DNA of 64,000 bases from Octopus sinensis (taxonomy: Eukaryota): positions 62,062,001-62,126,000 of the forward strand of contig NC_043009.1 in assembly GCF_006345805.1 (NCBI RefSeq), read 5' to 3'. Below are positions 52,278-63,050 of this stretch, one piece after another. The stretch's first letter is position 1. Every line of letters starts with the position of its first letter. The notes under the pieces are model-generated. The model did not search any database, was not told the DNA's origin, and saw only the letters and a list, made by a program, of their open reading frames with translations. The translations under genes were made by a program, and so were the position numbers.

Positions 52278-54672
52278 TTAAATAAACTCTGGTAAAATGT
52301 AATATCTTCATCTTGTTTCTTGTAGTATTATTACAAAACCTCAAGTGAGCTTGTAGAATTGTTAGAACGCCAGGCAAAGCACTTAGCAGCATTTTGTTCC
52401 TTTTTATGTTCTAAGTTCAAAAGTCAACTTAACCTTTTATCCTTCTGGGGATCGATAAAATAAATACCAGCTGAGTACTGGGGTTGACGTAATCAAATTA
52501 CAGCCTCACTGTGGGACTGAACCTGGAACCGTGTGGTTAGTAAGCAAACTTCTTACCACACAGCTACACTTATATATATATAGGCAAAGGCGTGGCTGTG
52601 TGGTAAATAGCTTGCTTACTAACCACACGGTTCCAGGTTCAGTCCCACAGCATAACACCTTGGGTAAGTGTCCTCTACCATAGCCTCGGACTGATCAAAG
52701 CCTTGTGAGTAGATTTGGTAGACAGAATTTGAAAGAAGCCTGTCATATATATATATATATGTATGTGTGTGTGTCCGTGTCCACAACATTTCTTGACAAC
52801 CGATGTTGGTGTTTACATCCCTGTAACTTAGCAGTTCGGCAAAAGTGACCAATAGAATAAGTACTAGGCTTACAAAGAATAAGTCCTGGGGGTCGATTTG
52901 TTAGACTAAAGGCAGTGTTCCAGCATGGCCACAGTCAAATGACTGAAAAAATATATACACACACACACACAAACCTGACTAGAGTACTCATATATCTCTT
53001 CTACAAGACCCTCATTTTCGTCCCTTTGTCATATTCTAATGTCTCATCACTTGTCATGAAGCTACCTCCCTCAATACCCCACATCTCATTTGAGACATCT
53101 TTTTCTTGCAATGTTACTTGGTGACCTTGCCAGTGTTGGTGCCATGTAAAAAAAAACATCTAGTCCACTCTGCAACATGGTTGGCGTTAGGAAGGTCACC
53201 CAGCCATAAAAACCACACCAAAGCAGATAGCGAAGCTTGGCACAATCCTCTGATTCACCAGTCCCTATCAAACCGTTCCACCCATGCCAGCATGGAAAAT
53301 GGACATTAATTGATGAATATATATATATATATATAACAATTTAATAAATAAAACATATGCATACATACATGCCTACATCTATATGTATATATACATGCAT
53401 ACATAAGTACAGGACACCACAAATAAACGTAGAACACAACGAGAAACGAAAACATAAAACCAAACAAGGAAACAGACGAAAAAACAGAGTACAAGACAAA
53501 CAACACAAGAAACATTCCCCTTCTTCAGCTGCCCCTGTTTCAAAGTAAGGGCAGAACACGACCACGCTGAAGCAGTCCTTCCCGCAAAATGAATTAAATA
53601 AAATTTTTTGCGGAGGGGTAAAAAAAAGTGACAAGAACAGGACGTAAAAGCAATACAAATTAAGAAAATAAAACTACAAATAAAGATAAAAACAGTAAAA
53701 GACAGGACAAAGAAATCAACAATAAGGGGTTTTTTAAAAGCTTAGACGGTGGAAAAATTCGTTTCTTCTTCTTCCAAGTAAGTTTTATTTCGAATATATA
53801 TATATATATCTATGCCGGTGACACATAAAAAGCACCTACTGATCGTGGCTATTGCCAGCATAACCTGGCACCTGTGCTGGTGGCACGTAAAAAGCACCCG
53901 CTACACTCACGGAGTGGTTGGCGTTAAGAAGGGCATCCAGCTGTAGAAACACTGCCAGATCAGACTGGAGCCTGGTGCAGCCTCCTAGCTTCCCAGAACC
54001 CTGTCAAACCATCCAACCCATGCTAGCATGGAAAACAGACGTTAAATGATGATGATCCTATATAAATGAAATTTATGTGGTCACTGAAATTGCTAAAAAT
54101 AGTAACCAAATCTGTTAAACTAAATAACAAACGTGCAGGCCATGATTAGAACACCTTTGATCACAGCTAACCTGGGGCTACAGATTGTCTGCACGCTACG
54201 ACGAAGAGAATTTGAGTTGTTCATCTATTGACGGATAAGTAAAAGAGAATATTGATATCTGATGTGTAGCATTTTACTTTCATTTGGACTGAAATATAGA
54301 GAATTTATTGGTGCTTTAAAGTAGGTATTAGTGAAATTTATTTTATCACTGACTCTCGAAAGTGGAAGGACAAAACCCACGGAGAAATATATAGCCTCCT
54401 CGTGGTACATGAAATATCTCCACCGAGCAGTGTTGAGTGTGGTGAGAGAACAAAGCGAAGGACTAAATACATTATAGAATTTAGTTTGGTGTTTTTCGTT
54501 TCAGAGGTCAGTCACTCCGACTCGGTCGACTATACAATCTTCCGGGGTCGATACATTAAGTAACATACATTCGTATCTTATCTTTCAAAAGTCAATGAAA
54601 TAAAGATCTTCACCGCGTTATTGGGTCGATATTTTCGCTTATCTTTAATGAGAAGAGTATATTGTCGCTAAA

Positions 54673-54906
54673 GGCGGCGAGCTGGGAGAAACGTTAGCCC
54701 GACGGGCGAAATGCGTAGCCGTATTTCGTCTGCCGTTACGTTCTGAGTTCAAATTCCGCCGAGGTCGACTTTGCTTTTCATCCTTTCGGGGGTCGATTAA
54801 ATAAGTACCAGTTACGCATTGGGGTCGATATAATCGACTTAATCCACTTGTCTGTCCTTGTTTGTCCCCTCTGTGTGTAGCCCCTTGTGGACAGTAAAGA
54901 AATAGA
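54673..54906 (+). mobile_element. SINE family A with target-site duplication
   Basis: TSD TATATTGTCGCT at 54658-54669 and 54908-54919. Confidence 0.88.
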
Positions 54907-55676
54907 TTATATTGTCGCTTCTCCTTGCCTACAAAAGTAGTCAAGCAAGGTTGTTGAACAAAACAGAACTCAGCATTCAGAAACTAGTTTTGTAAATTGG
55001 TTCGCGGAAATGTCTTTCCTTTCTGTTCAATTTCTTAAATTAAAATACAAAGTAACCACATAGGAATATTTAACGTTCTGAAATTAATGAAATAGTTGTT
55101 TAAAGGATACAATTAATACAGACTAATTAATAATAATAAAAATGGGTAGCGTGGTAACGAGGAATAATTTTGACTTCATTTAAATGAATAATCTATTACT
55201 TTTAATTATTAACCTGAATCTAAATAGATTAGACAGGTTGTTGTTTAGCGAAAACTCAGTTTGATTCTGCAGAACAATGGTAAGGACATTCCAGCCATGA
55301 CCATAAAGCGTATTCAGGACATTATCTATGTCCTTCGTTTTCCTTTTTAAGACTGAAGTGTGTGATTCGAAGGATATTTAGCAACTATTTCGTTCAAGTC
55401 GAGTGACCACGTAAAGAGTGGTCCGTGATAGAGGCTTCTTTTTTTTGTTTGGAGGTTAATGTAATTAATGAGAGTAAATGAGAAGTTACAGGTGAGAGAG
55501 ATGAACGAGGAAGAGGTCATTGGAGGGTTTTTTGCAGGTAAGAGGTTTGAAAGTCAGGATTAACGGACCGGAGATATGATCTCCAAATAGGAACGAGAAG
55601 CAGCGGCGCTAGTACACACACTAACCATTAAGCAAATGGGTGTGAAAGTAGCATGGCATTTAGATAGATTACTTAC

Positions 55677-55745
55677 GGTGTTTGTTGATGGCGAGTCTCA
55701 GAAGCGACGGACAAAGACTTTAACCTTCACAGAAGAAGGAAGACG
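55677..55745 (-). other. COX6C: Probable non-coding first exon of COX6C
   Basis: Pyrimidine-rich start (CTTCCTTCTTCT), CGCCAT motif and ACC|GTAAGT donor at 55676. The coding exon begins at an acceptor, so it needs an upstream UTR exon. Confidence 0.55.
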
Positions 55746-55751
55746 CTCGCT

Positions 55752-55767
55752 ATCCCAGAATGCACTC
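55752..55767 (+). promoter_or_regulatory. ZNF143/Staf-type motif (ATCCCAGAATGCACTC) beside the predicted COX6C start
   Basis: Matches the TCCCA.AATGCA core consensus within ~20 nt of the inferred TSS. Confidence 0.5.
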
Positions 55768-56185
55768 TGACGAAGCGAGGTAACCCAATATATATAATAT
55801 CAATTTCCTGCAAGGGAAATTACTCTTACGTAATTGCAATAGCAACCAAGGGAGATTACTGATGGTCAAACGGAGCCAGTGAGATGACCTCTTCGCAGGC
55901 ATTCGAGTTACTAGAAACAGCAACCAAATCTATCCCCAATTAAGCAACATTGTTTAAAAGCGGTCGAGGATATATCAAATTATATGGTTCTGGCTATACA
56001 AAACACAAAGAAAGCAAAAATCGATATTGTAATGGTTTCGTAGGTGAATGAGAACTGTCTGCTGAATCAGGACTAACCTTATATAAGGAGAGTTTACGAA
56101 AAAAAAAAAAACAGCAAAAGACGAAGACAGGTGGTGTACAAAGTAAACAGATGTATTAGTATAACGCTCAGGAATAGAAAAAGTA

Positions 56186-56219
56186 TTTTACGTTTCGAGC
56201 CTACGCTCTTCTACAGAAA
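56186..56219 (-). ncRNA. Minimal hammerhead-like motif with A6U variant, in a PLE-type terminal repeat
   Basis: TTT-CTGTAGA-A-GAGC(gtag)GCTC-GAAA-CG-TA|AAA. Confidence 0.5.
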
Positions 56220-56730
56220 GGGACACAGAAAAAAACAAGGAGAGAAAAAAATGTGTGTAGTGGCTACCGATCTATCATGGTGACTCTAACCTTATATACA
56301 CAGTTAAAAAAAGCAATTGATTGACCAAGAAACCTGGTGTTAAATAATAACATCTCTTACATATAAATCAAAGCGGAACTCTGAATCAACGCGGTGCTTC
56401 AGTAGGGTTGCTGGCTCTACTAGAAATAGCAGCATAATATTCTCCAATCTCCCCCCCAAAAAATGGTAAAAAAGGACACATTGACTAATGCCGTACTAGG
56501 GATATAGCACCTTTGAATAAAAGACGGAGTAGTCATGCACGGAATGTCTTTGATCGAAGGTTTGCTGTTATTAGATCTGTTATGACCGCTGTATAGCTAT
56601 GTGATTTCACATTCGATCCCAACGCACGGGTCTCGGGTGGATAAAGTCTTGTTAGTGAAAATTGGTAGATGAAAACTGCGTGGAAGTCCGCTTGAAGACC
56701 AGGGCCGTCACAGCAGAATTATAAACCCCT

Positions 56731-56961
56731 GGCGGCGAGCTGGCAGAAACGTTTGCATGCCGGGCGAAATGCTTAGCAGTATTTCGTCTGCCGCTACGTT
56801 CTGAGTTCAAATTCCGCCGAGGTTGACTTTGCCTTTCATCCTTTCGGGGTCGATTAAATAAGTACCAGTTACGCACTGGGGTCGATATAATCGACTTAAT
56901 CCGTTTGTCTGTCCTTGTTTGTCCCCTCTATGTTTAGCCCCTTGTGGGCAGTAAAGAAATA
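56731..56961 (+). mobile_element. SINE family A with 15-bp TSD
   Basis: GAATTATAAACCCCT occurs on both sides (56716-56730 and ~56963-56977). Confidence 0.9.
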
Positions 56962-57646
56962 TGAATTATAAACCCCTGGACAAATCAATGCACTTGGCCC
57001 CATAGAATTTATTTATTGACAGCAAGCGTGCACATACATACATCAGAATTGCCCCTGAGACCAGGGCAACTGCTCAGTATGCACAAATCATAAGACCTAT
57101 TTCCGTTCTTCGGGTTAGATTTAATCCTTCACCCGGTTTAGTACCACCACCTTTGGTACCTTTAGTGGAGCTCACTCAGCTGTGGGTTTCTGGGGACGGT
57201 CTCCGGTTAGTAAGTAAGCTCCTGCGTTTTGCTTAGCGATCTCAGAGGCCTTGAAGAGAGTAATGACTGCTATTCTTCATCCTCTCACCAAGCCACGACT
57301 ATTATTACATTCCGTACTTGACCTTCTCAACTCAGTAACAAAATCTTGATCACTGTCATGTAATACGAAGACCAGGACATATGGTTGAGCTAAGCTAAAT
57401 CTTAGCGTGGCATTATTCACAGTAATGGAACCATTACATTATTAAATATCTAAAAAATTATATATTAATACGTTTAAATATTTGTTGTGCAAGATTTTTT
57501 ATTTGAAGTCGTGTGTTGAAACAGATATTGTTATATTTCGGAATGGTCATATTGCCAGTTTAGCCAATAAAAACACACGCACTATATATTTGGTGTTATT
57601 TTGCTTCAGTGATATTTATTTTTTACTTTAATCTTAATCTTATTTC

Positions 57647-57691
57647 GGCCAGAGTTCTTTCGTCACACTCCTGTGACCGCATCAGTGGTCC
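57647..57691 (-). ncRNA. Hammerhead-like motif with A9C change
   Basis: GGACCA-CTGATGC-G-GTCAC(aggagt)GTGAC-GAAA-GAAC-TC|TGGCC. Confidence 0.55.
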
Positions 57692-57860
57692 TTTGTTTTC
57701 TTCTTTCTTATTCGTTTGTGTCTCTCCTTACTAACCATCAGCCATTTTGTATTAATAATAAATGGGTAAAATTAATTAATTAAAGTAATTAATTAATCAA
57801 TTAATTAATAATTTTACCAAATAGCTCGGTACGTTAAAATAACCTTTATAGGTAGAATTA

Positions 57861-58193
57861 TATAAATATTCTATAATTATAAACATAATTATAATTAGGG
57901 CTCAGCTAATTGCTTCACCACACACCAAATTTAGAAATAGGAGTGTTTTTAATTACTTCTCTCTTCAGTGACTTCACTGAAAAAAGAAGTAAGTAATTAA
58001 AAACACTTTGATCTCGAAACGCGTCTGTAGCTAATCGAAGTCGTGTTGATTCACTGTTTTTCTCTTTGCCTACGTGAAATTCTTACAGTAGTAGAAAAAG
58101 AATTTTCAACCCCTATTTCTAAATTCGGTATGTGGTGAAGCAATTAGCTGACCCCTAATTATAATTATGTTTATAATTATAGAATATTCGTAT
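57861..58193. repeat. Nested fold-back (outer ~80-bp arms, inner hairpin) containing a degenerate hammerhead at 57972-58030
   Basis: Arms 57861-57941 and 58112-58193; inner AGTGTTTTTAATTACTT/AAGTAATTAAAAACACT; motif CTTCA-CTGAAAA-AAGA..TCTC-GAAA-CGCG-TC|TGTAG. Confidence 0.75.
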
Positions 58194-58197
58194 AAAA

Positions 58198-58232
<35 letters not shown>

Positions 58233-58963
58233 TAGCAGAGATGCCCGACGTTGCTCAGGATTAAAATGGCATAGTTTGCATGTATATTATAGTTATGTTG
58301 AAACATGTGATACGGGGGAATGCAGCATTGATGACGAAACATTTGTGGAGTAAATGGTGGGCTAATTCGATTGAGCAACATGACATGCGTCTGTATGGAG
58401 GATTCCACGCTCTAACCTCCCATGGAAAATTGGCAGTAGGAGATTATGTGATTTTTGAATGCTTTGAAAAGCTGTCAGTAGATATACTCTCCGTTGCGGC
58501 TGTCGGTGCTGCAGCTACCACGACGCATCGTATGGTTGACAGTCGAATGAATGTAGGTGTAATGGAGATGTTTGTTTCTTTATTACCCACAAGGGACTAA
58601 ACATAGAGGGGACAAATAGGGACAGACAAACGGATTAAGTCGATTACATCGATCCCAGTGCGTAACTGGTACTTAAATTTATCGACCTCGAAAGGATGAA
58701 AGGCAAAGTCGACCTCGGCGGAATTTGAACTCAGAACGAGATAGAATGATGTTGTAAGAGAAAAGAAATTGAGCTAGTGAAAGTTATAAAGTCGAGGGAA
58801 GTTGTGTCTCAGTTGGCTGATTATAACTTTCTTTCTCCATCTGACCATTTGTCTTTAGTAACTGTCTGCTTGTGGCCATGACTAGTTGGTCTCTGTCCAC
58901 TATCTGATGGTCGCTCTCATTGACTAACTAACTTTTCTTGAGGGGATGTTCTCGTATTTATAT

Positions 58964-59346
58964 GGAAGCACTCCGTCAGTTACGACGACGAGGGTTCCGG
59001 TTGATCCGAATCAACGGAACAGCTTGCTCGTAAAATTAATGTGTAAGTGGCTGAGTACTCCACAGACACGTACCCTTAACGTATTTCTCGGGGATATTCA
59101 GTGTGACGCAGAGAGTGACAAGGCCGGCCCTTTGAAATACAGGTACAACAGAAACAGGAAGTAAGAGTGAGAGAAAGTTGTGGTGAAAGAGTACAGCAGG
59201 GATCACCATCATCCCCTGCCGGAGCCTCGTGGAGCTTTTAGGTGTTTTCGCTCAATAAACACTCACAACGCCCGGTCTTGGAATCGAAACCGCGATCCTA
59301 TGACCGCAAGTCCGCTGCCCTAACCACTGGGCCATTGCGCCTCCAC
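58964..59346 (-). mobile_element. Full-length tRNA-SINE family D with TSD
   Basis: A and B boxes present; TSD CTCGTATTTATA at 58951-58962 and 59348-59359. Confidence 0.9.
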
Positions 59347-59646
59347 TCTCGTATTTATAACTATCCAGAAGGATAGACATATCGTTGAGAACAATATATT
59401 TCGTTGGAGGTATGTGATATCTCTATTCTAGCTATTGGTGAAATAGATGAGGTTAGAAGAGTCAAGTGGCGAAGACGTTATTTTGCTTAACTAAGGGATC
59501 TGGCAAATGTAACTACTGTCAATCACAGGAAAACTATTGTTTTACCGTGAGAAAAGTGCTGCTGAACTGTTAATTGAAATTTGGCTATCGAGGATCGAAT
59601 CCACGCCATGCCTGCAAGATCCACTACACACACACACACATACACA

Positions 59647-59723
<77 letters not shown>

Positions 59724-59936
59724 AAAGAAATGAAGAAAATGCTAACAAAATATTTAAGTAATTTATGTAATTTAATTAGGTGAAAGTTCTTTTTACCGGT
59801 TGCGCATTTGTTATGCTTATCAAAAGATAGATTTTTTTTCCTCTTATCATATGCGCAACCGGTAAAAAGAACTTTCACCTAATTAAATTACTTAAATTAC
59901 TTAAATTATTTTGTCAGCATTTTCTTCATTTCCTTT
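59724..59936. repeat. Long hairpin (~85-bp arms, 43-nt loop)
   Basis: Arms 59724-59807 and 59851-59936; the inner ~41 bp pair perfectly. Confidence 0.92.
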
Positions 59937-60230
59937 TTTATATATCACAACTCGTGTTCCACATCTCCTTTTTTAAATATATATATATATAATATATATA
60001 TATATATAATATATATATATATATAAAACTATTTCAAGGGATTTAGAGGTCAGATCTGATCAATGATCAAAGTCTTTCTAGCTATGTGAATTTTCTTTTC
60101 TTTTTTGTTAGGCCATAAATGTATCTTGCAGGAGACTCGGCGAATGAGTCTTTCGCTACAAGAACTTGCTAGAAAGTACAATGTCTCTTCGTTTATCTAT
60201 ATAGAAACATGCTTCTTAGTTTCCGAGTGA

Positions 60231-61312
60231 TTTCAGAGGAGGAGAGGAATTACTTCCGGGTAGGACAGAGGAGGAGGAGGAGTTACTTCCGGGTAAGTTC
60301 CTAGGAAGGGGAGGAATTACTTACGGGATAGTTCAGAGGGGAGAGGAAGGGGAGGAATTACTTCCGGGTAAGTTCAGAGGGGGCAAGGAATTACTTCCGT
60401 GTAAGTTCAGAGAGGAAGGCTTTACTTCCGGATAAGTTCCGAGAAGGGGGAGGAATTACTTCAGGGAAATTTTCGAGGAGGTGAAGGAGGGGGAGGAATT
60501 GCATTCGGATAAGTTCCGAGGAGGGAGAGGAAGGGGAGGATTTACTTCCGGGTTATTTCAGAGTGGGCTGGAATTACTACCGGGTAAGTTTAGAGGAAGA
60601 GGAAGTGGAGGAATTCCTCCGGGTAAGTTCACAGGGGAAGGAATTACTTGCACGTAAGTTCCGAGAAGTGGGAAGAAGGGGAGGAGGGGAGCGACTTCCT
60701 GGAGAAGTCCGAGGAGGGGGAATGGGAAACTTCCGATGAGGGGGAGCTGAGGTGGTAATGCGTGGATGAATCAGAGGGGTTGGAACTTCCTGGAAAATCT
60801 GAGGAGGGAGTATCGGCAACTTCCTGGAGAGTTCCGAGGAGAAGAGAGCTTAGGGGGAAGGGGGAGGAATTACTCCCCGATAACTTCATGGGTGGAGTAA
60901 TTACTTCCGGGTAAGTTCAGAGGAGGAAGGAATTACTTCCGGGTAAGCTCAGAAGGACGAGTAATTACTTCTGGGTAAGTTCAGAGAGGATGAGGAATTA
61001 CTTCTGGTAGGTTCAGAGGGGAGAGAAATTACTTCCGGGTAAGTTCAAAGGGGGGTGGAATTACTTTGCGTTAGTTCAGATGGGGAGAGGAATTACATAC
61101 GGGTAGGTTCGGAGGAGAGGAGGAATTACTTCCAGGTAAGTTCAGAGGGGGGGGGGGAATTACATTCGGGTTAGTTCGGAGGGGGAGGAATTACTTCTGG
61201 GAAAGTTCTGAGGAGGGGAGGAAGGGCCGGATTTACTTCCGGTTTAGTTCAGATTGGGGAGGAACTACTCCCAGGTAATTTCAGATGGGGAGAAATAACT
61301 TCCACCTGAACT
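60231..61312 (+). repeat. G-rich array of ~30 units: conserved core GGAATTACTTCCGGGTAAGTTCAGA with variable polypurine linkers
   Basis: Counted by eye; period ~30-45 bp; a diverged central sub-block lies at ~60680-60850. Confidence 0.92.
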
Positions 61313-61436
61313 TAGTCGTGAAAAACAAATTGTTAAGGCTGAATAAAATCTGTGATATTTCGTTTTTCCTTCATTAATTTATTTTGGTACGTTTCATGCA
61401 GCTTTCACTAAACCTATCATTAATACTGTCATTTTC

Positions 61437-61810
61437 GTGGAGGTGCAATGGCCCAGTGGTTAGGGCAGCAGACTCGCGGTCATAGGATCGCGGTTTCGAT
61501 TCCCAGACCGGGCGTTGTGAGTGTTTATTGAGCGAAAATACCTAAAGCTCCACGAGGCTCCGGTGGTGATCCCTGCTGTACTCTTTCACCACAGCTTTCT
61601 CTCACTCTTACTTCCTGTTTCTGTTGTACCTGTATTTCAAAGGGCCGGCCTTGTCACTCTTTGTGCCACGTTGAATATTCCCGAGAACTACGTTAAGGGT
61701 ACACGTGTCTGTGGAGTGCTCAGCCACTTACACGTTAATTTCACGAGCAGGCTGTTCCGTTGATTCGGATCAACCGGAACCCTCGTCGTCGTAACCGACG
61801 GAGTGCTTCC
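61437..61810 (+). mobile_element. Full-length tRNA-SINE family D with TSD
   Basis: TSD ACTGTCATTTTC(GT) at ~61425 and ~61816; inverted relative to the 58964-59346 copy. Confidence 0.9.
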
Positions 61811-62346
61811 AAAAAACTGTCATTTTCGTTCGACTAAAATTTCTCCTGGTGTTGTCCAAGCATGGTAACTGAAATAAAAGGTAGCAGGCAAAAGAAATTT
61901 TTTTTTTAAAAGCTGAGAGGAAAAGACGATCGCAGTTGTTTCCCCATAACCTTTTTTTATTTTCTGTGACGTAAGTGGGCGGCGGCAAATAGTATCACTT
62001 CGCTAGTTTAGTAATGCTGTTACGGGCAACAAGTATGTAATAGTAGTAGAGAACACTTAACTGTGGCACTTGTCTTTATTTGTCTCATGTAACAGAAACA
62101 CAAAATACTGATTAAATGAACAAAGAGAAGTAGTCAAAACGAGGCGATTACTTTGACGTAAATTAATTTTTTGACATTATTTCAAAGTGAAAAATAAAAT
62201 TTTTAAAAATTGTTTTACAAGCAGGGTCTTCTGATTAACGACTCGCACAGACTAAATTTTGTATAAAGCTAGTATTCCACTACATCTAGTATTGCGAATG
62301 CTTTTCTTTTTAATTTAATTACAATTGACACCAGCACGACCCCAAA

Positions 62347-62592
62347 ATGTATGTATGTATGTATGTATGTATGTATGTATGTATGTATGTATGTATGTAT
62401 GTATGTATGTACGTATGTACGTATGTATGTATGTATGTATGTATGTATGTTTTTATGTATATACGTATGTATGTATGTATGTACGTATGTACGTATGTAC
62501 GTATGTATGTGTATGTATGTATGTATGTATGTACGTATGTATGTACGTATGTATGTATGTATGTACGTATGTTTTTATGTATGTATGTATGT
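62347..62592. repeat. (TATG)n/(TACG) tetranucleotide microsatellite
   Basis: Direct reading; one of many microsatellites, e.g. 16860-17260 (TA)n/ATATATATATCCATAC. Confidence 0.95.
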
Positions 62593-63050
62593 TATTACCA
62601 TCTCTCCCAACTTTTTTTTTTTTTTGATTGACTAAAAACTCGGTAAAATAAATTTTTCTTTTTCACTTGAAGTAAAAATAACTTTTGCAAGTTTGGGAAA
62701 TAAAATAAGTTGAAAAGTTTCGAAGTATACTTTCCAATATGTTTTATCATCGTGGCTGAGTGATCTTATACTATGACGTGTTGAGAGGTGTGGACGAGAT
62801 TTTATCAGAATTTTACTTCCTTCCGTACGGAAATTACTTTCACTTTGATCGCACAGTTGTTGGTCACTCAGACGCTTTCCAATCACTTGTACGGACGTTT
62901 TATTGTAAGGTAAATAGTGTAAACTCGTTTCCTATTCGTCATTCTATCTAAGAATTATTGCATTGTTAGAGTTAATCTCAGTATTGACTTGTATTTAAAA
63001 GTATTGACTTGATTGAAATAAAAACAGCGCAGTTTCGTTTCAAGGGGAAA

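Noticed and set aside
60577-60889. Pro/Ser-rich minus-strand ORFs, and a GEELLPGKFR plus-strand reading of the array
   Set aside because: Unit lengths are not multiples of three and the frames break repeatedly.
60231-61312. CRISPR-like repeat/spacer interpretation of the G-rich array
   Set aside because: Linkers are short low-complexity purine runs rather than unique spacers, repeats are degenerate, there are no cas genes, and the context is eukaryotic.
278-62635. Most ORF-track entries rich in YI/CV/HT/MYVC repeats
   Set aside because: They are translations of (TA)n, (CA)n, (TATG)n and (CAT)n microsatellites or SINE bodies, with no splice or homology support.
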